The notes below the pieces were generated by a model. That model was not told where the DNA came from and did no database searches. It saw only the letters and a list, made by a program, of their open reading frames with translations. Below, piece after piece: positions 1 through 14,969 of a stretch of DNA of 64,000 bases. The stretch lies in the NCBI GenBank assembly GCA_964016885.1, contig OZ024740.1, positions 193,068,001 through 193,132,000 on the forward strand, written 5' to 3'. The first letter of the stretch is position 1. The number at the start of each line of letters is the position of its first letter. The position numbers and the translations under genes were made by a program. Source of the stretch: Eledone cirrhosa. Lineage: Eukaryota.

Positions 1-21
1 TATATATATATATATATATAT

Positions 22-807
22 ATAAATAACAGATTAAAGTTTAAGCAAAGAATCGCTGATTTCACCCTTAACGGGATCTTCTGAAACTAACAAAGTCAAT
101 CTGTGAACGTAGAAGTGAATATTTCAAAAAACGTTGCAACCGGAGGAAGACAGGAAGACGATACTTTGGTTCGTGGAAACGTTCCCTGGCAAAGATCGGG
201 AAAACACGAATATAATACGTCATTATTTGGAGCTGTGAAAAACAATTACACACAAAGACAAAACCACGTTTATGGTATAAAAGATGTCGTAGACTAATAT
301 TCTATTGTGTGGTTCATAGAGACGTTCTCTGGCAATGAACGGAAACAACGAAGATAATACGTCATATGTGGTGCGGGGAGAATAATTGCACGCAAAGACA
401 AAACCACGTAAATCGTATAACTGAAGTCGTAGACTAAAATTGTAACTAGGAAACCGAATGATTTTAGGCTTCAGAGTTAAGAATAAAATAAATAAAATAC
501 AGAGGTAATAGAAATTAAATAAATACATACACGCATCCAAATGCGTACACACACAATCACACGCGAAAACACTCGCCACAGGTACACAAACACACGCACG
601 TACACACAAAAAAATGCCCGCACGCACATACAGAACCCACGTAACTTTGTTAGTTTCAGAAGATCCCGTTAAGGGTGAAAGCAGCGATTCTTTGCTTAAA
701 CTTTAATCTGTTATTTTAATAATATTTGCTCTACGGTTATTATATATTTGATATATATATTTATCCTTATCGAGCCTTCTTTGGATTCTAGTCGTCAAAT
801 TTATTAG

Positions 808-871
<64 letters not shown>

Positions 872-1395
872 GTGTGTGTGTATAATTTCGTACGTGTGCG
901 GGTACTGGTATCGCGCGGGTTTATGTATGTGTGCGCGTCTTTATGTGTACCTGCTTGTATATATATGCATGGCGGGTGTTTCGCGTATGCATGTGTATGC
1001 GTGTATGTATATATTTAATTATTGTTGATTTCAATAACCTCTGTCATTTTCCTTCTACTAAATTATTTACATTATTCTTAACTCTGAAGCCGAGAACCAT
1101 TCGGTTTCCTAGATAGAATATTAGTCTACGACTTTATTTATACCATAAGCGTGGTTTTGTTTCTGCGTGTAATTGTTCTCCCGTCCCACATAATGACGTA
1201 TTATCTACGCTTTTTTCCGTTCATTGCCATTCAGAACCAAAGTATTGTCTTCCTCTTTTCCCTCGGTCACAGCGTTTTTCGAAACATTTACTTCTGCGTT
1301 CACAGTTTGATTTGATTTTTTTAGTTTCAGAAGATCCCGTTAAGGGTGAAAGCAGCAATTCTTTGCTTAAACTTTAATCTGTTATTTTAATAAAT
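22..1395. mobile_element. PLE pseudo-LTR remnants (family A) in inverted arrangement within (TA)n
   Basis: 22-640 is the reverse complement of ~870-1395; short arm 645-720; another mini-palindromic copy at 22910-23017; all flanked by (TA)n and carry an HHR-like motif. Confidence 0.7.
652..702 (+). ncRNA. Hammerhead ribozyme variant (CAGAAGA core)
   Basis: agttt-CAGAAGA-tccc gttaa gggt-GAAA-gca..tgc-TT-aaact; copies at 1323-1373(+), 38-88(-), 22952-22999(+). Confidence 0.6.
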
Positions 1396-1410
1396 AAATA
1401 TATATATATA

Positions 1411-2459
1411 AAGAAAAAAAGATGAAATCGAAAATGCAACTGGAGTCTTATTTTTTTTAAAATTATATATATTTGGGGGGTTCCATTACCGGTTTCGCAG
1501 TCCTTCTGCTTTTCAAAAGTAGAGTTGAGATGAAGGCTCTGTGGTTTTTCTCACATATGGTTGGTCTTTGAATGTTACTTGTTTTATATGGAAAAAAGTG
1601 GCTCGAAACGCCAGGTTTTTGCAGAAGTAATTTGATTGGTTGGTCAATAAGTATAATACATTTCGCGCCAGTTCGCGTTACAAAGTCATGATTTCATTTA
1701 TAACCAATCAAATTACATTTATTTTAAATAAGCCTTCGTGAGTCACTTTTTTAAAGTTAAAAGAAATTCAAACAATCTTACGCGTAAGCTGATATTATTC
1801 ACGTGACTACAACAACCAACCAAACTTCACACTTATATGAAAAAACAACCTGCTATATTCACTGAACCAGAACAATTCTCCCATCCTCTTTCTCTTGACC
1901 ATTATCTTTTGTTTGTCATAAAATTCTCTAAAAGGCTACAAAATAAATTCACAAATACAGGCACGTAATTTAATGAACTTGTTCACGTGACAGCATAATT
2001 TCATTTATAACCAATCAAATTACATTTATAAAAAAAAAAAAGCCTTCGTGAGCCCCCTTTTTTAAGTAAAAAGAAATTCAAACATCATATAGGAAAAAAA
2101 CAATCTGAGCCCCTCGCCTTGTTTGAAGAATTTTGTAACACGAACTGGCGCGAAATGTATTATACTTATTGACCAACCAATCAAATTACTTCTCTAAAAA
2201 CCTGGCGTTTCGAGCCACTTCTTTCCATATAAAACAAGTAACATTCAAAGACCAACCAGATGTGATAAAAACCACAGACCCTCCATCTCAACTCTACTTT
2301 TGAAAAGCAGAAGAACTGCGAGACCGGTAAAGGAACCAAATAAATATATATATACTATTTTTAAATGAGACTCCAGTTGCATTTTCGATTTCATCTTTTT
2401 TTTTCTTTATACTTTCACTCGTGTAGGACACCTCGGTTATTTTTCATTTTGTAAAAAAA

Positions 2460-2462
<3 letters not shown>
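1411..2462. mobile_element. Non-autonomous PLE pseudo-LTR inverted pair (family B)
   Basis: 1411-1684 inverted vs 2132-2411; (TA)n flanks; further copy 6018-6226; related to termini of the 15-19 kb element. Confidence 0.7.
1483..1520 (-). ncRNA. Minimal hammerhead ribozyme, U3-A8 core variant
   Basis: minus strand ctt-TTGAAAA-gcag aagga ctgc-GAAA-ccgg-TA; copies 2297-2332(+), 6155-6192(-). Confidence 0.65.
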
Positions 2463-2543
<81 letters not shown>

Positions 2544-2745
2544 AATAAATTTATTTCGGATATATAAACAGCTCCTTATCTGTAGAGCTAAATCGCTTGA
2601 AACGACTTGGCTGCTATTTATAGCTGTCGACCACGCTATTCACGCCAATGGGAGGACCATGTTGTTAGTAGTTTTAGAATTGCAGCACGTGCGAAGGGTC
2701 ACTCGCAGGTTTGCATTTGATGCGTAAACACAGACAGTTATTTCT

Positions 2746-2836
2746 TCCTCCTTGCTGATGATCTAAGATTTAACTACTGTGACTTTACGGATTTTTAGTG
2801 AAATATATTTCTTTAATGAAATATATACAAGGAGGA
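2746..2836 (+). ncRNA. Type I hammerhead ribozyme
   Basis: tcctccttg-CTGATGA-stem II-GAAA-tatatttc/gaaatata-TA-caaggagga; 9-bp stem I and 9-bp stem III. Confidence 0.85.
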
Positions 2837-2977
2837 TTAATCATTTTTTAAAAGGTAATATTTGAAGATCTAGTTAAACTTTAATTATTTACCCACCAAG
2901 CTGTGTGTGATTACACACTTTGCAAATTATCCCCTGTGATTGTTTCATGTGTTTATTTTAAATTTATATATATATAT

Positions 2978-3850
2978 GTCAATCAATTTCTAGTTGATAT
3001 ATATATAAATATAGCGAGAATCGACGGCTAAAAATTAGCGAAACGCAACTTCCGTATTGTGCAGACAAGCGCTCCATGTATATGAAGAAGATACCAGAGC
3101 TATAAACATAAGTTGAAATGGTCATATACGCTGAGACGATGGGTAAGAAGCCATTTACCACCTAAGCCAAAAAAAGCGAACAAGCTAAACGGGTCAAACA
3201 AAATGAGATATGATTGAAATAGTTACCCGGACCCTCGGGGAAGATGGAATACTCCGAAATTGGGTTTCTGCAACACCTAAATCAATAATACTGTCTGCTT
3301 ATAAAAAATAAGCTTTTGGTATAATGATCGAACAAGGCATCGCTTTCTCAACAGGGTTTTGTTCTTCGTGCGCCAGAATCTCACAGGTTATGAAAGCACA
3401 TGTGAGCATCTAAGGGGAGAAACCCCCTATTTAGGCCAGTGAATTCAGCATGTGTATTTATTGCAAACATTTGCAAAAACCGCACAAAACGAATTAAGCT
3501 CTCGACCGAGTTGTTTTTAAAATAAACTTAAGCGATTAATCAGTCAATAGGATTAACTAAAAAGCCAAAAAAAATTAACTGGTTAATCGCTTGACGTTGG
3601 ACATTAATACAAATATAAATTTAGCGAGAATCGCATTTCGGCCGGTAGAAATTAGCGAAACGCAACTTCCGTATTGTGCAGACAAGCGCTCCATGGATAT
3701 GAAGAAGATACCAGAGTTATAAACATAATTGAAAATGTTCATAGACGCTGAGACGTTGGTTAAGAAGCCATTAACCACCTTAGCTAAAAGAGCGAACAAG
3801 CTAAACAGGTCAAACAAAATGAGATATGAATCAAACAAGATATTATCTGT
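2978..3850. repeat. Direct repeat (~617 bp spacing), possible MITE with short imperfect TIRs
   Basis: 3005-3225 repeated at ~3620-3845; gtcaatcaatttctagttgat vs attaactggttaatcgcttgac. Confidence 0.4.
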
Positions 3851-4479
3851 CACAAATATACTTGGATATCTCTAGGAAAAAAATCAGAAACATATTTAAA
3901 ACATAGTTTAACTGATGCCACAGTATACATTGGTGAATACGAGCTAGACAAAAGGAAATTTTGGTTCGTATCATATATGTAGCTGAATTTTCTGGCATTA
4001 AGAAACAATATTAATTATCCCAATAAATTAAGAAAACCAAATTGGCAGAAATACATTCATCCAAGGGATTCTTTGGATATGAAAAAGTATATATGTGTGT
4101 AGCTGTGTGTGTGTGTTTGTGTATATGTGCGTGTGTGCTTGTATGCGTCTATGTGTGCACGCAGTGGTATGTATGGTCTCCTGGTTTTACAATTTTATAA
4201 TGTTTTACCAATAGAGAGAGAGAGAGTCGGTTTTTATATATACAAAACACGCTTAATGGAAGTTACACAACATCAACTAGCTAGATATCTATGTATGTCT
4301 GCATGCATGTATGTGCAGGTATGGAAGCTATAGTCTGTGTGGATCTGTATGTTTTTAGTTATATGCGTGCATGTGCATATACTTTGAATCAGTACATGGT
4401 TACATTGAGTTAGTAAATGCAGAATGCTTGGAATGTTTTAAATTACTTTTCCATTAATGGATTGTACTTGTAATTTCAT

Positions 4480-5616
<1,137 letters not shown>

Positions 5617-5793
5617 CTGATTGACCTCGATGTCACGTGATTGATTCTTTTTGAATTAGCCACCGACGCAGAGGCAGTGATTTTCTCAATGGCTAGGAAT
5701 TCAGTCCACGCTTTGCTATTTTCTATCCACTGAATTATTTTTTAATAAGTTTCCAAAGTCCACGCTTTGCCTGGATACTTAGATGAGAATAGT

Positions 5794-5873
5794 CTTCCCT
5801 GACGACGGAATGATTCTCCATGTTTTCTTCGGAAAATATATTTTTTCCATTCCAGAAACTAATTAGTTGGAAG
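5794..5873 (+). ncRNA. Hammerhead ribozyme (family G, dispersed copy)
   Basis: cttcc-CTGACGA-c ggaatg..cattcc a-GAAA-ctaattag-TT-ggaag within a partial unit 5617-5926. Confidence 0.75.
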
Positions 5874-5919
5874 TGATATTTTAGTAAGTAAGTTAATTTT
5901 ATAATTTTCTTATTTTACG

Positions 5920-6023
<104 letters not shown>

Positions 6024-6258
6024 GTGAGGTTTTTTTTACAAAATGAAAAATAACCGAGGTGTCCTAGACGAGTGAAATTATAAAGAAAAAGAGATGAAAT
6101 CGAAAATGCAACTGGAGTCTTATTTTTTTTAAAAATATATATATTTATTTGGTTCGTTTACCGGTTTCGCAGTTCTTCTGCTTTTCAAAAGGTGAGTTGA
6201 GATGGAGGGTCTGTGGTTTTTCTCACGGTTGTCCCCCTTGCTTCTGCTGGACACAACC

Positions 6259-6284
<26 letters not shown>

Positions 6285-6289
<5 letters not shown>

Positions 6290-6835
6290 GTTTAAGCTAT
6301 CGCCGTATTTTGACTAAAGAAATTAAAGAAATTATTTAGCCTGATAGTAGGGTTAAGAAATCTTGGAGAAATGGAAAAAAGATGAGGATTGACGTACATG
6401 GGAGTCGAACCCACATCTTTGGTTATCCGGACCACTGTGCTACCATTTCTCCGAGGGTTCTTAACATCACTACCAGGCTAAATAATTTCTTTAATTTCTT
6501 TAGTCAAACTACGACGATAGTTTACACTTCTAATAATTTCGCTGATTCGAAAATATTATTACTTGACATTACAGTCGCTAAGTTTATAGCTTCTAATTTG
6601 AATGGAAAAAGACGGGTGATGTATTGGTGTAAATGGTAGTACCGCGGTCCGGATAACCAAATATGTGGGTTCGACTCCCATGTACGTCAATACTCATCTT
6701 TTTCTATTTCTCCGAGTGTTCTTAACCCCACTATCAGGCTAAATAATTTCTTTAATTTCTTTAGTCAAAATACGGCGATAGCTTACACTTATAATAATTT
6801 CAAACCCACTCGCTGTTTCGAAAATATTCTTACTA
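6285..6835. mobile_element. TA-inserted inverted-repeat element carrying a tRNA-like module
   Basis: 6285-6445 inverted vs 6635-6800; third arm piece 6445-6570; related piece at 19680-19797. Confidence 0.6.
6618..6689 (+). tRNA. tRNA-like 72-nt cloverleaf (pseudo-tRNA/SINE head)
   Basis: acceptor gatgtat/gtacgtc, A-box tggtgtaaatggta, T-arm gtggg-ttcgact-cccat, oligo-T shortly downstream; non-canonical anticodon loop ccggata. Confidence 0.55.
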
Positions 6836-6918
6836 TATATATTTATATATATATATATATATATTGTTATTATTATTATTATTATTATCCAATTAAACGA
6901 TATAATTATTCCATTTCG

Positions 6919-6988
6919 TTCATCCGATGAAACTATATCAGACATTTCTAGTAGAATGTTCTAACATCGTGAAACCTTGGGTAATGGA
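6919..6988 (+). ncRNA. Hammerhead-like motif (CCGATGA core)
   Basis: ttcat-CCGATGA-..-GAAA-cc ttg gg-TA-atgga. Confidence 0.45.
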
Positions 6989-7133
6989 ATAAATATATTG
7001 TTCTGTTTATTACTTAATTAAATAGCTCTGTACTATACACATACCACTCTTCTATCCTCCAGCTTTTCTACTTTTCAACGAAAATAATTAACAGACTCAC
7101 ACACACATACACACACACACGCGCGCGCATATA

Positions 7134-7184
<51 letters not shown>

Positions 7185-7400
7185 AGTTTTTCCAAATTGA
7201 AGGATGAGTATTTTAAACTCTATTTTATCATGAGTTAAGGCTCTATTGATATTTCCCTGGATTTCACTAAATTATGTGGATGAATCTATATCCTGATTCT
7301 TTTTGAATTGAGTTAACTATCTTCCCATGTTGACGCTATAGTCACTTATATATTATGAAATACTGTATGCTTCTCGCTCATAATAATTTCTATACTTTTC

Positions 7401-7468
<68 letters not shown>

Positions 7469-7559
7469 ACACATGTTATGGTGTAAATAAACAAGACTAA
7501 GCTTCAGCCTAATCATTTTCATGAAATATGTTTTCATTTTCTTAATAGACTCTATGCTA

Positions 7560-8110
7560 TGTTTGGAAAATTAGCGTTCCTCAATTCATGTGTTTTAATA
7601 TGTAGCTTTTCTAATATTTCAGGGCTCCATCTTCAGAGTCCGAATGGTTAATATATTTGTGAATTCGTCACTTGCATAGTATTGGTTATAATGAATCATG
7701 GGGGTAGTGGGAAATCACGAAGACCTGATTTATATATACTTCAAACATTCAGGGCCTTATCACTCCAGGTAAAGGCACGACACACTTGTTGACATCCAAC
7801 GCGTCATATTTATGGCCATATTTGTCTGTATTGCGTAAAACCATCGTCTTATTTGGCCTTTGGTCATTCTCTGATTCTTTTTCTCTGAATTAGTGTATCA
7901 CACCAATATTCCACCAGTTTTCTCTGAAACGAGAGATGTGTCCAGCCTATCTATATTTGCTCTTCCTGATGGTCTCGATTATGTCCTTGATGTTGCCTTC
8001 CTGATACTTAATGTGAATCCGAGCGTGGTTCGCTCCATTTTATGCTGGGCAATTGCAAGTGTCTCAATTCCATATGTCATCAACGACAGAATATATTCGT
8101 TAAGTAGCTT
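7560..8110 (-). pseudogene. Highly decayed PLE GIY-YIG endonuclease remnant (tentative)
   Basis: minus-strand translation pieces such as EILEKLHIKTHELRN and ECLKVYINQ resemble GIY-YIG C-terminal motifs. Confidence 0.3.
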
Positions 8111-8329
8111 TATTTGTTGAGCTATATGCCGCAAAGGCTATTTTCCAGCATTGAACGTATCTACACTACCAATCTCCCTTCCTATAATAATAAAAATAAT
8201 AATACGAACCCCGTAACAAAATACTCAACAAGACAATAAAATAGAAATGTAGCTAGGTTGCTAGCTACAAGCGCTATACAGTCAAATATTTTCCTCATCT
8301 AAATCAACCCATCTAAATCCAAGTCGACT

Positions 8330-10970
8330 CTAAACTATTTGCAATACAATTACTGAGATCACAAACCTACTTTCGAAAATATATTCTCAGAAATTGAATC
8401 CTGCGCTAAAACAAGTTTCGCAGACTCCCGTCTACTTATTAAAATAAAATGTTCTCAGGCTGAAATCTGCTTTTCAGGGGAAAGTCATTTTATCTAGCTT
8501 ATATCAGCTTCTCAATTATAATATTTAACACTGGCAACAATCGGCTACCTTAAGAGCTAACCTACCTCCACACAAAAGTTCCACCGGCTGAAAAATGCTT
8601 CTTAAATGATAAAATAACCCAGGTTGAAAGCTGCATATCAACAGAAGATATGTGCACAGGCGGAAGCCTACCTCCATCCACTTCCCCGTCTAAATTCTGG
8701 TTTTTAAATCAAACATCTTCGATAAATAAAATATACCTATCAAGGAAAAGCACTGTTTCTCAGAGAAAAACATATTCTGTAGTTGAATAATTATTGACTA
8801 TTGTTACTTAAAGGGAAGCATTTACGTTAGCCTGCAAAGTCTTGAAAAGTTTTATAGGTTGTAAGGTGCCTCTAAAAGGGAGAACGTCCACATACAGCAT
8901 CTTGTATACTACAAGAAGAGGATTTCTGCCCCTAAAAAGAAGAGACAATACACTTGTTGAAATCTGCTTTGCATAGGACAATATATATTGGGGCGTAAAC
9001 CTGCTTCTGAATTGAAAAGTAAGTTCACAAGCTGTAATTTGGTTCTCAAGAGAAGAAGAAGAAAAATAAAATCTCCCGCTTAAACATGATTCTCATACGA
9101 AAGACGATTTACAACCCTTCTAAGGGGAAAAAAACTTTACAGGCTGAAACCTGTTTCTCGATGCATCGACAGTTCAGAAGGGCATACTTGCTTCTGAAAA
9201 CAGAAAAATCGCACATCATAAAATCCTCTTAAGGGAAAACATTTGACATGTTAAAAACTGCATTTTTCAACCTGAAACAGCATATTCACATATTAATAAC
9301 TATAAACAGCATATTCACATATTAATAACTATCTCTGACAGTAAACGTTATTTACTGATTCGAACCTTACTTTTAGGGAAAAGAATATTGTGAACATTTT
9401 CCCTTTGGGAAGTAGATTTCAACCTCCATAAATTTTATTTTGAGCAGCCAGATTTACTTTTTGGAAATACATTTCTCTCGGAAGATGGCATCCTTTCAAA
9501 TATAACATGTTTTACTAGTTGCAACCGGCTACTCAAGGAGCTAAAGGCTTCGACTCTAAAGCAAAGTAATTATCTCCAGGTGGAACCTGCATCTCAACCG
9601 AAAACGTTTCACTGGCGATATTATTCAGAGACCGCTTCTCAAACGATATTATTCATAGACTGCAATCAAATTTAGTTCTCACGGAAATGCAGTTCCACTA
9701 GCAAAATCCTGCTTTTCAAATTAAAAGAAAATAGAAAGCTGAAATCGACATCTCCAGGTAGAATACTTGACTGGGAAATTTGCTTTAAAACAATAAAGAA
9801 ATCAGAGGCTAATATGTTCTTCTCAAAATAATACGTTCTGTATGTTACAACATGTTTCTCAAATAAAATATCTCCACAAGTAGACATCTGCCTCTTAATT
9901 AAAGTACTTATCAAAAGCGGGAAGTGGCTACTTAAAGAGCTAACTTACTTTCACTCTAAAACGGTTGCCCCGACTGAAACTGTCAACTAAAGGATAATCA
10001 TTCCCTATGCTGATTCTTGCATGTCAGCGGAAGAAATGTTCAGACACAAAACCTGCTCCTCAAAAGAAAAATCAATAGGCATTTTTTTTAAAGAATATAA
10101 TTGGTATGTTAAAATGACTTTCACGAATAGAAAGATTTTCAGTTTGACATGGGCTTCGCGGAGGAAAACGTTTCTCAATCTGATATCTGCTTCTTAAAAG
10201 AAAACATTTCACAGGCTGAAGCCTTCTAATATTATCACAGGGAGAAAACAGTTATTTTGAAATGGAAACATTACAGTCTGCACATTTTGCAAATGCTGAA
10301 AGCTGCTTCTTAAATAATATCCCTCGTCTGAGAACTTGGCACAAGCTAAAATCCGTTCCATAAATGGAAATATTTCCAGTGGTTAATCGACAACTACTTT
10401 GAAATATTTTTCTTTCAGAAACCTCTTCAAAATATGGGAAAATGAACCAGTTACTGCCGGAAAAAATAATGCATAGGCAGAAAGCTAATTTTGGTCAGAA
10501 TAAAAATCCACATGCTGAAATCTGCAATTGAAAGAAATGAATTTCCAAACGATGGACGATGCTTTTTTTCAGGTCAATAACTGCTTCCCTGGTGATAAGA
10601 TGAAAACTTGCTTTTCAGGAAAAAAGTTCATTTTCAAAAGCTGTCATATCTTTCTCAAATAAAACATGTTTCAGCAAAGAAGAAATATTCCACAGGCTGA
10701 ACTTTGCCTTCCAAAGATATTTTCAAATGTTCAAATCATCTCAGAATAAAACAATTTTTACGGTTGACATCTGCTTTTCGGTGGGAAAAAAAGCATTCCA
10801 GGCTGAGTACTTCATATCAGAAGCAAGAAAAAAAAAAGCCGAAAACAAAGCAAAAAAAAAGCAAATAATAAAAGCAACAACTAAAATCTGCTTCGCAATT
10901 TAAACAGTTCCACATTATGAAATCTGCATCTGAAGGTAATATATTTTTACTGGCTAAAATCAACTTCGGT
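8330..10970. repeat. Highly degenerate ~35-38 bp tandem repeat
   Basis: recurrent cacaggctgaaatctgcttctcaaa-like unit (e.g. 8454, 8584, 8619, 9139, 10210, 10507, 10690, 10760, 10798). Confidence 0.65.
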
Positions 10971-12896
10971 TTCGAATAGGACTTTCATATTCCCTCTTAG
11001 GTTCAGACCTCCGGTTATTGGTTTGGAAAGATGGGGTGAACAGAAACCCGCATGCTTTGGGCTTCGCATTACATGATACGTATAGGGGTCATGTTCCTGG
11101 TCTTCTGCATGAGTCATCGAGAGTGTAGGAGCTTATGAGTTTGTTGAGGTGTGATATCTAGTGTTTCTGGTACCTGAATGACCTACGTCTACGCTATTTC
11201 TGCTAATCATCTGTCTATATTTACGGCCCACAGCAAAATGATCCACTTTCCTACATTCGTCTGACATTTAACAACAAGAGTTATATAAATCATATAATAT
11301 TTCTCTATCTATTTCTATTGTTTATATTACTGGGGTAGCATGTCTTGTGTTTCATCCCGATGTTTCATAGGGCATTTTGGGATAAGGGGTTTATTCTAAT
11401 AACCTATCCTTAATAGAAGAAAGGTTTGAGCTCCTCTTAGTAATGTGTTTGTGATATGAGCTTCTGCTGACGCATCTAAGTTGCCATCAACTTTAAATTT
11501 TACAAATCATTTGTTACCACGCTATATGTCACTTACAAAACTAGAGCTTCCATCAAAATATTAAATATAAAATATTTTACCTCAAACGGCTCTGCTCCTT
11601 TTAATATATAGACACACGCCAAGGAAAGAAATATAATTCATATCAATCAAAAGGTCATTGGATAGGATCCACCAGCAAATTCTAGATAAACCACATAGAG
11701 GTAGATATAATTACACTAAATACATTTCCTTCCTCAAATGGGCCACGGCGTTCAAGACATGAGTGAAACATGACGCATGATTTAAAAGAGTTCGCCAGGT
11801 GGTGCTATTAAGTTCGACATCGTCTACGAATATTATATATACGCGTGAGAATATGTTGGAGAAAGAGGTAGAGCCTGTGGGTGCAAATTTCACAATAAAT
11901 CGATACCAGCTTCCGAGACTTAATAAGTCAGAGGAATTCTAGAACACATGCTTCTTCCTTTCTCTGCCAACGCTTCACCCATGCTTCTATATTAATTGTG
12001 AGAAATGAAACTCGTGAATCGATTTTGAAATAATTCACATCCGACAAGGTTTGCCCAGAAATTTAGAAGTATTCGGAGATTTATTGACTCATATTTTTTT
12101 TGCATTACTGGAAACATAATGTAATTTGGGTTTAAGCCAGAACTGCCCACCCTTTATAGTACACACATGAACGACGCTTTTATAAATGAATAAGCTATTT
12201 CATAGAAATAAAATGTTTATACACAAACAGTGTCTATGAATTAAAATATATAGATAAATCTAATTAGAAACAGAGCGAAATTATCTTTTGACGATGCATT
12301 GAAATAAATAGTTACATAGTTATCACTAATCGCTTACGTTCCCCCTTCTGATATACCGACATAGATGTTAGCCTTTAGCGTTTAAAACGTTAAATTGCAA
12401 AACTGTAAATTAATTTAACAGTTTTGTATAATTACATACTCACAAGCCAGTTTTTAGCTCAATTTCCTGATAACACTAAGAAAATCTATAATAGTACAAC
12501 ATAACAGAGTCCTCTTTTAATTCTCATTGAGTGAGAGAGATACATATTTGCCTTAATCTGAGCGTAAATATACAATAATCTCTAATTCAACACGCATGCT
12601 CTCTCAATGCATTTGTTCCTTCTCGAGAACATCTTTTCTCCCTCACACATATACATGTATATATAAATGTATAAGAGGTTTGCGTTTTAGCTATATAAAT
12701 ATCACAATCTACACTAAACTAGCAATCTGTCCTGGCAGAACGTCCAACATAAAAGCGCATGGTGTCTAAAGTATTTAACTCCCACAGAAGGGCAGATATT
12801 TTGCAAGACTGATCATATAGAGCGCTAAAGATAACAGTCAAAATAAGTCCCTACATGGCAGTTCCACAAATTAAAAATTTGGAGCGGTTATATATC

Positions 12897-13030
12897 GAAC
12901 CTGAAGATGGATTTCCCGTTGGTCTTGACGATGTTTATTACACAAATCGATACTTTGTGATTGATACTAATAATTAAATTGATTAAACATATCGGATTAT
13001 TGAAATCCTAGAAACGGCCGTCTAAGGTTT
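12897..13030 (+). ncRNA. Hammerhead ribozyme with ~100-nt stem II, damaged stem I
   Basis: CTGAAGA-tggatttc..gaaatccta-GAAA-cggccg-TC. Confidence 0.6.
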
Positions 13031-14405
13031 TGTAATCTAAGTGAATACATTAATTATTTGTTGCTGTATATATATATATGTACATTATAATTCTAGCTTT
13101 TGGTTCTCAGCTTGTTATATGATAACGACTTTTTTTATATATCCTTTAAATAATATATGTTCTGAATGTATTGTTCATCGAGTTTCCTGTGTTGAGAAAA
13201 TAATCAATATACATTTTTTATACATGATGATTGAACCAATTTATAATATATGATTTATATGTGTATATATCTTTAGTGCATGTGTGTTTGTGCATGTTCA
13301 CATCTCTTTAAAATCCACCTTTTGCGACGGTCGTAAACTGAAAGGCCCAAAGTATTCGTAGAACATGAATTTTATAATATGTAACTATACCAGATGTGTA
13401 CTCGACATATAGGAACTTAGGTGAATCTAAGTGAATCTATAGCAGCATAAAGCACTTGATAATATTATACAATTTATACGATTGACAGTACGGTCTCTGT
13501 ATGGTCTTTGGATTGGCAGAATTATCATAACGTCGTACAAAAAGGTTTTAGGTGTATCGTTCCTAATACTATGTTCTGAAATCAAGCTTTTCAAAGTTAC
13601 CTTTGCTATTCTTCGCATAATCATGTATATAGTTTACCACGGAATATGTTGAATAATGTCGATATTATAAATACATATTAGTAACTGTATTAGCTCGTCC
13701 TTTTACAAAAAGCAATTGCACAAACACAAGTTGTCACTAGAGAAATAGTTTACTCCTTGCAATCTACAATGAACTGAACCACAAAAGGTGTATTGTTCAG
13801 TAGTGCATGTACAAATGAAAAGCCAGATGCACAACAATCATTAACAATAGTCTGTTCATTTTTATCTCATCACATGAGACTATAAATATGTTAGCCATTG
13901 AGTTTTGAAATAAAAGAATTCATAACTTACAAATATTACAAAAAGAAAATGTAATTAGATATAGTATATAGAGGATTAATGATATAATTATTCAAATAGA
14001 GGAAGAAGTGAAGGAGCATAAGCACGGGTTACAAATGTTACTCATAAATGAACAAGAGAACACAGTGATAGAATTATTAACTTACAATATGAGACAATGT
14101 GATCTTGTACCTTTGTTAGATATTATTTAATTAAAACGATAGTAAATACCCATGAGAATAGAGATTCGGATGAACTTGTTCAAATTGAAGGGGAGATATA
14201 TTTATGAATTATAAGAATATATGAAAAATGTAAGTTATTATAAGTGTAAGATATAAATGAATCATATTAACACTTCAAATTGATACATGTATTATCAATG
14301 GAATAAACTGAACAAAAATGGAATGTCGTATTTATCAAAATGGATAAATTGATATATGATACAGTATAAAAGATTTCAATACACGCAAATCATTCACACA
14401 CACAG

Positions 14406-14490
<85 letters not shown>

Positions 14491-14765
14491 AACACACAGT
14501 TATAAATAAGGAAATATAAAGATGCGCGCGTCTATATGAATGATTGAGTGCATAACACATGTGGGCATGTGTGATTATATATGTATACGAACATGTATAT
14601 GTACTACGTATTTGATAGATGATATGCATAACATCAAGTGTTTTTACCTATAGCATCACTCTCTGGCAATCGGAATGAGATCTACCCTCTATTTAAACTA
14701 TCCAATACAAACTATATATAAATACATACATTCATACATACATATAAATATACATATAAATATAC

Positions 14766-14797
<32 letters not shown>

Positions 14798-14805
<8 letters not shown>

Positions 14806-14969
14806 TGAGATTCTACAGGACTAGAACTGTTTCATTCTTTAGAAATCATCTGTAGAATCTCATCTATATTAAAACTGTAGAATCTCATCTATATTAAAAC
14901 TTTTATACTCGGCAATGTATTGAGTACCTTACTTACTGTGGTTAACTCCGACTCAACCCGGAATAACGT
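14798..14969. mobile_element. PLE pseudo-LTR remnant (family J), inverted and truncated in HHR core
   Basis: same sequence as 34313-34447 and 37903-37968. Confidence 0.7.

Noticed and set aside
7595-7645. Minus-strand CTGAAGA-tgg agc cct-GAAA
   Set aside because: No stem I pairing; lies in a probable decayed ORF
8330-10970. CRISPR-like ~36-bp periodicity
   Set aside because: Units are contiguous and highly degenerate, no unique spacers, no cas genes, eukaryotic context
10980-14390. Unique-looking sequence as possible host exons
   Set aside because: No recognisable protein motifs, convincing ORFs or supportable splice structure
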